DNA of 64,000 nt from Octopus vulgaris (Eukaryota). The DNA is taken from NCBI GenBank assembly GCA_951406725.2, contig OX597832.1, forward strand, positions 46,376,001 to 46,440,000. The letters are read 5' to 3'. Position 1 is the stretch's first letter. Every line of letters starts with the position of its first letter. Shown here in pieces: positions 54,505-64,000 of the stretch. The notes below the pieces were generated by a model. That model saw nothing but the letters and a program-made list of their open reading frames with translations, made no database searches and was not told where the DNA came from. The position numbers and the translations under genes are program-made.

Positions 54505-55157
54505 TTAGCATAAAGAAGTCAGGAAGGGTAAACCATTACAGCGGGGAGGAAGAAAATGTATTTTTTCTTGTTTTTTATCCGCTACTATGAAGCAGACACG
54601 TCGTATGGTCGCTAGACTTTCTAGTAAAACACTGAAATCGCTTGATTATGAAACCTTACCGCTATGAAGGAAGGGAAGACGCATTGAATCATCGAGTCCA
54701 ATGCATGAATCGTAAGTCGGTACGGTGACTATCGAAATGATATTGCTTCGTCGTTGCTAATATGGGTTTCAAATTTTAGCCCATGGTCAACAAGTTTGGA
54801 GGAAGGGGTGAAATGTAGTGTAGTACAACTGGAAAGATATATTGTTCAACGCGTAAATACTGATGGCTGGTTGCTGACAGATTTTTCTGCCCTGTAAGGA
54901 TTTTATCCAACATATGCTGTTCTATCTCTACGCGTTGAAAAATATATCATTCTACTTGGACTACAATACATTTCAGCATTTCAACAACAAATTTATATTT
55001 GCTTACATATGACGTAATTACTAATTTTACGTTTTTTTTTGTATTGGTTAATGTCATTTAGGGAAAAATGATAATTAATAACGCTATAAAGCGAAAATTT
55101 TCAGACAAATTACGCTTCATATCAGCCCCAACAGAAGGCAGAATTCTAATGAGGTTA

Positions 55158-55322
55158 ATGATAAAGATGATGACAATGATGTTCATTATGGTGGTGACAA
55201 CAAATATGACACCAAAGGTGACAATGATGATGATGATGAGGAGGAGGAGGATGAATTATGATGATGAACATGATGACGATAATGATGACGATGATGGTGA
55301 TGATGATGATGATGATGATGAC

Positions 55323-55354
<32 letters not shown>

Positions 55355-55830
55355 CGATGATGTTGATGATGATGATGATGATGATGATGACGACGACGTC
55401 GTGATGATGATGATGATGATGACCTCGATTATAGTGATGTGGAGAGCGATGATAATGATGAAAATATGGACGATGTCGGTGATGATGATTATGACGATAA
55501 TGGTGATGGCGGTGAAGAAGGAAGAGGATAAAGATGAGGAGAAGATGAGACGAAGGAGGATGGGAAAGACGAGGAAGGAATGAAAGAAAAGGCGTAAGAA
55601 ATATAGAAGAAAAACGAAAGAGAAGGAGACGAAGAAGAGGAAGGAGAAGAAGAAGAAAATGGAGGAGAGGAAGAAGAAAAAGGAGGAGAAGAAAAGAAGG
55701 AAAAGAAGAAGAAGAAGGAGGAGGAGGAGGGGGAGGAGAAGAAGGAGAATAATAATAATAAGATGATGATGATAATGATGATGATGATGAAGATGATGAT
55801 GATGATGATGATGATAAGTCAGTGATGATG
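55158..55830. repeat. compound (GAT)n/(GAA)n/(GGA)n low-complexity tract
   Basis: Direct reading. Confidence 0.95.
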
Positions 55831-56180
55831 ACGGAAAACAAAATAAATAAACAAAGAAAGAAAGGAAGGAAGGAAGAAATTTCGGGCCTCGTGCCTAGAT
55901 TAGAAAATGATATTTCCATATAATAATGATTGTGACGATACTTATAAATATGGCGACGACTATGGTTTTCGACGATGTTGACTACGTTGAAGATATTAAC
56001 AGAGAGGTGAACTGCTATTGCCAACAAGTGGCTTTATTTTCCCCTTTTTCTTTTTCATAATTTTTAATTGCAAAATTCTTGATCTTCACCCAAACTGAAA
56101 AATCAAATAGATTGGAGATAAAACAAAAAATTATTTTCTCAAACTTTAGCACACAGGCATTCTATAATAACAACAACAAC

Positions 56181-56278
<98 letters not shown>

Positions 56279-56610
56279 TAATAATAAAAATAATAATAAA
56301 ATAAAAAACAAAAATGAAGAGAAAAAATACTATGTATTTTATCTTTATCTGTTATCATCATGCAATCGCTATCCATGCATAGCAATACGAAAAAATAAAA
56401 TTTTTTTAGATATTTTTGTTATTTCTTTTTATTATCCTAGTGAGATTATCCAAGCATATCTACAACAAAATGAACTATTGCAGCTACAACCATTAATCAA
56501 GCGTTAATCTGCTGTTCCTTTATCGTCATCATCATCATCATCATCATCATCATACTCGTCGACATAATTAACGTCGTCAACGTTTGAGTCGCCTTCGTCG
56601 TCATCATCAA

Positions 56611-56653
<43 letters not shown>

Positions 56654-56796
56654 GTAGCTGTAATGGTTAATTCGAAACGACTATGTAGGAAGTACAGAAT
56701 TTGTCTTTTTGGTTCATGTTTTTATATATTTTCTTCATAACTTCCTTTCTCTGCTTTTAGTTATTTTGATTTACTACCTTATAGTTTCTCGTGACC

Positions 56797-56850
<54 letters not shown>

Positions 56851-56879
56851 TATATACACATATATACATATATATTGTA

Positions 56880-57188
56880 CATAGTTACGCTTTATATGGG
56901 TCCATATATGCATATATATATGGGTGTGTATACATATATTTGTAAGTATATATGAATACACACATACTTGTAAAGGTATATACATACATATGTGTGTGTA
57001 TGTATGTATGATCATAAATAATATATATATATATATATGCATGCATAAATACACATATATACATATATATGTTCATAGTTACGCATCTATATGGGTCTAT
57101 ATATGCATATATATGTGTGTGTGTATACATATAATTGTATGTATATATGAATACACACATACTTGTAAACCTATATACATACATATGT
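56880..57188. repeat. local direct duplication (~113 bp; 56880-56992 and 57074-57188)
   Basis: CATAGTTACGC...ATGGGTC...GAATACACACATACTTGTAAA occurs twice. Confidence 0.88.
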
Positions 57189-57676
57189 ATATGTGAGTGT
57201 GTGTATGTATGTATGTATGTGTGTGTATATGTATACATTTGTATGTATGCATTGCGTTGTTTTGAGTGTTATGCTTGCTGTTTTTCGTATTTTATAAAAG
57301 CAGGTGACAAAAATAAAATCAATGGGATGTATTTTTTCATGTAAATGTAAACATAACGCTCACCACATCAATGGATTTATTGTCAGAAGCACTCAGTCAA
57401 TTGCGATTTCTAGTGATCAACAATTAATTCCGGTCAAACAATGACTTTTTGAACTGACTTTAAACAGATTTTAATAACAATTTCGTTGGGGAAAAAATAT
57501 TTCAAGATTATCCATTATATAAAGGAAACTGAAAAATAAAAAAAAGCAAAAAAAGAGAAACGCGAAAGAAATTAAATATAAATTAAATATTTGGTCTTTA
57601 TCCAACAAATACAACAACTGCAAAAGGGACATCATCAGCAAGAACAAGAACAACAACAACAAGAACAATGATGATG

Positions 57677-57758
<82 letters not shown>

Positions 57759-57838
57759 TCACAGTGAATCTAACAAAAATAATAATAATGATAAACATTA
57801 GTATTATCGTTATTAGAACTATTATTATTACTCTTCTT

Positions 57839-57927
<89 letters not shown>

Positions 57928-58180
57928 CATTATTACTACTGATGTATTTGTTGGTGCCGCTGCACCTATATCTGATCGCGTTAGAGGGCTATTCGGACGC
58001 CATCTTGGATGCACGCCTGAATAGGAATGGGGCTAGATGACTGCTGAAGGTGGGATAAAAGCCTCAGAAGCCTGGTCATCCGTTTCCAAAGAGTTCAAGT
58101 AGTGCTTGTATTATTCGACCCCGTAGAGATGACAGGCAAGGTCGACCTCTTTGCCATTCATAATAATAATAATAATAGTA

Positions 58181-58248
<68 letters not shown>

Positions 58249-58334
58249 TATTATTATTATTATCATTATAATTATTATCATTATTATCATTATTATTATT
58301 ATTATTGTTATTATCATTATTATTATTATTATGA

Positions 58335-58537
58335 TTTTGAATTTTTGGCACAAGGCCAGTAAGATCGGTGAGGGTATTAAATCTATTACGTCGACCCCAT
58401 TACTCAACTGGTAATTATTTTATGGACCCCGAAATGGATGAAAAGGAAAGTAGGACTTGGTGGAATTTGAACTCAGTACGAGATATGCTGCGAAGCACTT
58501 TGTCCGGCGTGCTAACGATTCTACCATCTCACTGCCT
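58335..58537 (-). mobile_element. degenerate SINE family B within (TAA)n
   Basis: TTTTGGCACAAGGCCAG...TCGACCCC...GAATTTGAACTCAG...GGCGTGCTAACGATTCTACCA. Confidence 0.8.
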
Positions 58538-58538
58538 C

Positions 58539-58602
<64 letters not shown>

Positions 58603-59499
58603 CAAGAAAGAGGAAGGAAGGAAAGAAGAAGAAGAAGAAGAAGAAGAAGAAGAAGAAGAAGAAGCATAACTTAGAGATGAATTAGAAGAATGATAAAAAG
58701 AAAGAACTAGTAATAAGAGGAAGAAGGACGAGGATGAGAAGAAAGCGGATATAATGAAGAAAGAGGACACCTTGCGCAATCGTTAATGCCATGAATATCA
58801 ACACAATGAAGTGAAAGAAGCGGGGAAGAAAAGTCATTGAGAAATATAAGGGGAAAGTAGACTTCACGCGTTAGTTTTAAACAGCTGTGCTTTCTTACCC
58901 GTAAGTGCCAGAGCATTCTACCCACAGGAACATCCATAACGTAGAATCTGCATGACATAGTCTTTGAGACATATGTCACCTTTTTGTTATTGTATAATTT
59001 CTGTGCACCCTTATGCATACCCAATGTATTGATCGACTCGAGCCTATAGAAAATGAGACCACTCGGTTGGAACGAATCCGGGGCCGTATGGCTGCAGAGC
59101 GTAATCTTAACATCTCGGTCATACTCAATTTACATTAAAGATATATAAATAACATGAATGGAATATTAAAACCGAAGAGGACATCATATTAAAATTTCGT
59201 CGCTAAGATACAATGCATTAGTTTGTATGAAGAGTGACGACAATTCTTCGGACGAATAAAACAGTTTCCCTGCAGTACAAAACCATATTAATAAAGAATT
59301 AGTTAAAAATACGATAGAAAGTATATGCTGTATTGACCAATAGTAACAAAAGTAAGCAACATTGTTTAGACACAGAGGACCGAAAACTGTACCATGAAAC
59401 CGGGTGCAATTATCATAATCTGATAAGGAATCTATAATTTTCTGAATTCTATACTCAGTGTACCCTACAATGCACTTTTATATATATCGTTGTTAGAGC

Positions 59500-60055
59500 G
59501 TATGCATAAGGAAGTTTGGTGGAAATAATTACCGAGGAACTATGCAAATAAATATTCGTTTAGTAAAAGTGTTGTGCACTCGAAGTATGTCACAGCAGAA
59601 TTCTGCAAATAAAGCATCCAAATATGCAAATGATATTCCAGCTACTCCGAACAGAAGGATATAAATGAATAACCTCGCTCATTCTGTCAAGGTTACAGAA
59701 GAATAGTGTATGTAAAGTCAGCCACCGCGAGAGACAGGTTTAATATGCATATTAAATCCAAGGTAATTAGAGCGGATGTATGCAAATTACAGCTCCATTT
59801 CTAACCAGGTAATTATGCTAATCAGGTACCCTCTAAAGACTAAGTATGCAAATTCTGGACCACTGAGAAAGTGCGAGTATATGAATGCAGTGAGGAAAAT
59901 ATACTTATTCGTTACCTACAATTAAAGGGAAAAGATTTAAATTAATTAAAGTGTAATTATAATGAGCGGGAGCATGCAAATTATGTATCCGCTTCTAAAC
60001 GCGTAAAACGCAAATTAGTCTCTATATTCTAAGAGTCAGAAGACGCAAATTACAG
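59500..60055 (+). promoter_or_regulatory. homotypic cluster of POU/octamer motifs (candidate enhancer)
   Basis: ATGCAAAT at 59542, 59624, 59780, 59846 and 59974; ATGCTAAT at 59815; CTGCAAAT at 59603; ACGCAAAT at 60008 and 60043; palindrome TTTAATATGCATATTAAA at 59739-59756. Confidence 0.6.
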
Positions 60056-60127
60056 CCACGCTATTAAGGACTTATTTGAGTGAACACCAGGTACGGTTAC
60101 CGTCAGGGTGACATTTTTTTGAATTGG

Positions 60128-60322
60128 GAAGGTGATCTGGCAGAATCGTTAGCACGCCGGGCGAAATGTTTAACGGTATTTCGTCAGCCGCTACATTCTG
60201 AGTTCAAATTCAGACGAGGTCGACTTTGCCTTTCATCCTTTCGGGGTCGATTAAATAAGTACCAGTTACGCACTGGGATCCACATAATCGACTTAATCCG
60301 TTTGTCTGTTCTTGTTTGTCCC
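60128..60322 (+). mobile_element. SINE family B
   Basis: CTGGCAGAATCGTTAGCACGCCGGGCGAAATG...GAGTTCAAATTC...GGGGTCGATT. Confidence 0.88.
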
Positions 60323-60419
60323 GATGGGTAAAGATTAATTAAATGAAATATTATGAAACGATTGTACTACACTACCTTTGGATATCCTTGTTGCTTATTC
60401 TGATTTTATATATATATAA

Positions 60420-60534
60420 CAGACTTCTTTTCAGTCTCCATCTATAAAATCCACTCACAACGCTTTGGTCGACTAGAGACTATGTTAGAAAACACATGCC
60501 GAAGCGGGACTGAACCCGGAGTCATGTGGTTGGG
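60420..60534 (-). mobile_element. SINE family A, 5' part, degenerate
   Basis: AATCCACTCACAA..CTTTGGTCG...GGGACTGAACCCGGA..CATGTGGTTGG. Confidence 0.8.
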
Positions 60535-61101
60535 ATGAATGCTTCTTGTAATTTGTTCAGAAAAGTTACTTGCAGCTAATGTTTGTGTATTTTGTCAAGG
60601 AAATACAGACACGCGGAAAAACAGACACACACAGACACATACACACATACAATACACACAAATACGCATACACAATAACACACACCACCCTGAGAAATAC
60701 AAAACAAATAGACACACTCACACAAGCACACCCACACGTAAATAATTATAAATAATTATAAATTTATTTTACGCCTTATTTTGAACACTTTCATGTTAAC
60801 TGTTGAAGCAAAAAGGCCCACTTAACATTTTCTTATCATTCATTGTCATAGATTCTACTTTGTAACATTTTCTTATCATTTTCAAAGACAGTATAACTTT
60901 ATTTTAATACAACTGTGATAACCAGTTTTTAACACAAAGCTTATACAAAGCTTTACATTTTACTTTTGATTATCTTTTATTTAAAAAGAAAAGTGGCATT
61001 TTCAAACCCTGTTTCCTTTATATATATATATGATTTCTGGCTTTGCATAAGAAATTGTTTGCCTCATCAGTGGAATATACTAAGATAGTAACATAAATAC
61101 A

Positions 61102-61180
<79 letters not shown>

Positions 61181-61237
61181 GAATACTTACATATACGAAC
61201 CCATACATATATGTGCACGTATGCACACGACCAGTTT

Positions 61238-61444
61238 ACAATTATTCGGTAGCCAAGATAAAACTCTGAGATTCGGATGCCGAGGTGGAAATCAACACCA
61301 CCATCTCTTCGGTTATCTGGCATCCGAAACTCAGAGTTTTATCTTGGCTACTGAATAATTGTCACATATTATTTTACAGATAAATTTCCTCTATTTACAT
61401 AATATTGAGGTCTCTTTCTTTTGTTATCTTACCGTTTTTACCAA
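61238..61444. mobile_element. internally deleted copy of the 27720-28069 foldback/hammerhead element
   Basis: The left arm is joined to the right arm at GGC microhomology (~61319-61321), and the same 3' extension runs into (TA)n. Confidence 0.88.
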
Positions 61445-61644
61445 TATATATATATATATATATTGATTATCACTCTCGATGAATTTATCCCTTTTTGTGT
61501 CCCTAGCACTTGGCATCCTTATTTCGGAGCCCTTAATTATATTTCTATATGAATAATATTTTTCTATATTAATATTTTGTCTAATGACTAATTCGTCTTT
61601 TGTGCTGGGCCACTGGTAGTAATCTATGTTATTACCCTTTTTTG

Positions 61645-61704
<60 letters not shown>

Positions 61705-62711
61705 CATATACATATATATGTGTGTGTGTGTTTTACTCCACACAGACATGCCTGCGCTTATGATAGGGGTTGTTGCTATTTGGAAGCATTAAGGTATCAT
61801 CTAACGCCACAAACACCATGATAGGCTTCTGCAGTTAGATAACTTAAGAACACTAAAATAACATGTTGATGCACAGCATAATATCATTCATTCCACTTGT
61901 GTTTTGTTATTATTATTCTTGTTCTTATTGTTGCCGATTATTTTAGACTTTAAATGACATTCCCGTTGTATTCAATTTGAAATTTAATTTTGATTTTATT
62001 ATTTATGTTTGATTGATTACCGTTTTCTTAAACAAACATCATGTTTTGGTTTTGTTGTTCTCCGCATCCTACCGATATTGTTTTTCCCATACTATGCTGT
62101 TCTTCGTATCTGCAGTGATATCATTGTTGATCTTATTTCTAATCACGTCATTTATCAAGTTATTTACACTGGAGGATTGCAACGCTGGCACCACGTTGAT
62201 TATTTTCTAATGGGATCACAATCAAAGAGATAGTGACACAGTTAATTTCTACGTGCTACTTTATTATTATAGTTACTGCTATCATAGTTATTTGCCTTTT
62301 GCTTTTCGTTTGAGAATTTTCATTCTTCTGTTATTTTAGAGAGAGTTCTTTCTATTTCCTTTCAGCTCATTTTTTTTTACGGTTGGGTAGCCGAACCACT
62401 GTTCCATAATACTTGATTGCGCTCATTCTCTTTTAAGTTTTTCTGATCATACACGAAATGTTTTCATTTCTCTTTTTTTTTTCTGCCATGTTTTAAATTT
62501 TACGACAAACGCTTTTCGTTTCTTTGTTCTTTTCCTTCGTCAGCAACCCAACTCTTCCTCTTACCCCTTTTCTATTAATATAGAAAAAAAAACTAAAATA
62601 GGATATTTAAAAAATCCCACAATGTTATGAAAGAAATACTTTGCTGCATTTAGTTTCCTCTCTGTATGTTTTGAGTTCAATACTTGCCAAATATATTTCA
62701 CGCTTCCCTGT

Positions 62712-62736
62712 GTTATTATTATTATTATTATTATTA

Positions 62737-62771
<35 letters not shown>

Positions 62772-62794
62772 ATCATCATCATCATCATCATTCA

Positions 62795-62870
<76 letters not shown>

Positions 62871-63106
62871 CATCATTATTATTATTATAATCATCACCAT
62901 CATCATTATTATTACCATTATTATTAATATTATTATTATTATTATCACCATTATTATTATTATTATTATTATTTTTATAATCATCATCATCATCATCATC
63001 ATTATTGTTATTATTATTATAATCATCATCATCATCATCATCATCATCATTATTATTATTATTATTATTATAATCATCATCATCATTATTATTATTATTA
63101 TTATTG
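62712..63106. repeat. compound (TAT)n/(CAT)n microsatellite
   Basis: Direct reading. Confidence 0.97.
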
Positions 63107-63593
63107 AGTGAGAGAGTAACACATGCCATCAAAGTGACACAGAGGTACAATTATACGAAACCTAATATACGCATCATGACTCCGTGTCTGGTAATGATAC
63201 ACCAGGCACATACATCACAACCACATGTGCGCGACATGTTGACCTTATATCAAGATAAACAGCGCATGACCTTGCAGGTACGACACAGTTAGAATTTTCT
63301 TCAGGTTAAATAACCCATCTCATTCAAAATGTCCCTGAATAAGGTTGTTTAATGGTGATGAACAAAACACCCATGTTTCCAGAGGTGAATCACTCAAACC
63401 CCAAAGAATCCCGGTTAACACATGGCTATGATGCTCCCCAAATACTTCTGCTCGTGATCAGAGATGCGGAAATCGTCAGCCACTAAGGGACATGCTTACG
63501 TGATTAAGGTCAAACAACTGACAAGCAAATCAGTGGCATTGAACAGAATATTTAACGTAGCCCATTTTTTTATACCAAGACAAAACAATGTAG

Positions 63594-63680
<87 letters not shown>

Positions 63681-63704
63681 CATCATCATCATCTGTAAAG
63701 ACAG

Positions 63705-63895
63705 TGAGCTGGCACGCTTGTTAAAATGCTGAGGAGCATTCCGTCCATGTTTACGTTTTGAGTTCAAAAGCCGCCGAGATCAACTTTCAATTCATGGTCG
63801 ATAAAATAAGTTCCATCTGAGTACACTGGAGTCGATGAATCGATCTTCTCTCTAACCTAAACTGGCTATCTCTGTGCCAAAATTTTGAAATCAAT
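63705..63895 (+). mobile_element. degenerate SINE family B
   Basis: GTGAGCTGGCA...GAGTTCAAAAGCCGCCGAG...GGTCGATAAAATAAG...GTGCCAAAATTTTGAAA. Confidence 0.75.
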
Positions 63896-64000
63896 ATCAT
63901 CATCGTCATCATCATATATCAATCGTTTTTTTTCTTTATCGTAAACCATGTTTGCAAGATTAGAAGACATTTTAAGTAACTGAAAATAGCGTTAATAGGA

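Noticed and set aside
55068-56027. Long ORFs (171 aa +, 290 aa -) rich in D/M/S/H/I
   Set aside because: Translations of (GAT)n/(GAA)n/(GGA)n low-complexity DNA, with no domain or splice context
59500-60055. CRISPR-like or minisatellite array of short repeats
   Set aside because: The recurring unit is only 8-12 bp with irregular spacing, in eukaryotic DNA without cas genes; treated as a TF-site cluster instead
63425-63490. Minus-strand CTGACGA in a repeat-like segment
   Set aside because: No paired helix II or GAAA could be assigned

Overview
AT-rich, microsatellite-saturated eukaryotic DNA, intronic or intergenic. Its tRNA-derived SINE families and repeat landscape look like an Octopus (coleoid cephalopod) genome; this is recognised from memory, not from a search. 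No intact host gene is visible, and nearly all ORFs in the track are microsatellite translations. Recognisable elements are many SINE copies of about four families, a 5'-truncated R4/Dong-type LINE in (TAA)n, and a mariner remnant. There are also a fossil Gypsy RT, a hAT MITE and a Helentron-like end. The main hidden signal is a set of at least five sequence-unrelated short elements sitting in (TA)n or similar tracts, often as long foldback inverted repeats. Each carries a minimal type-I hammerhead ribozyme motif with a palindromic helix III, as in Penelope pLTRs and retrozymes. One copy (44965-45096) has a fully canonical core, and another (35617-35660) shows the U3-A8 core covariation. A second signal is a dense, same-strand cluster of POU octamer motifs at about 59.5-60.05 kb, a candidate enhancer.
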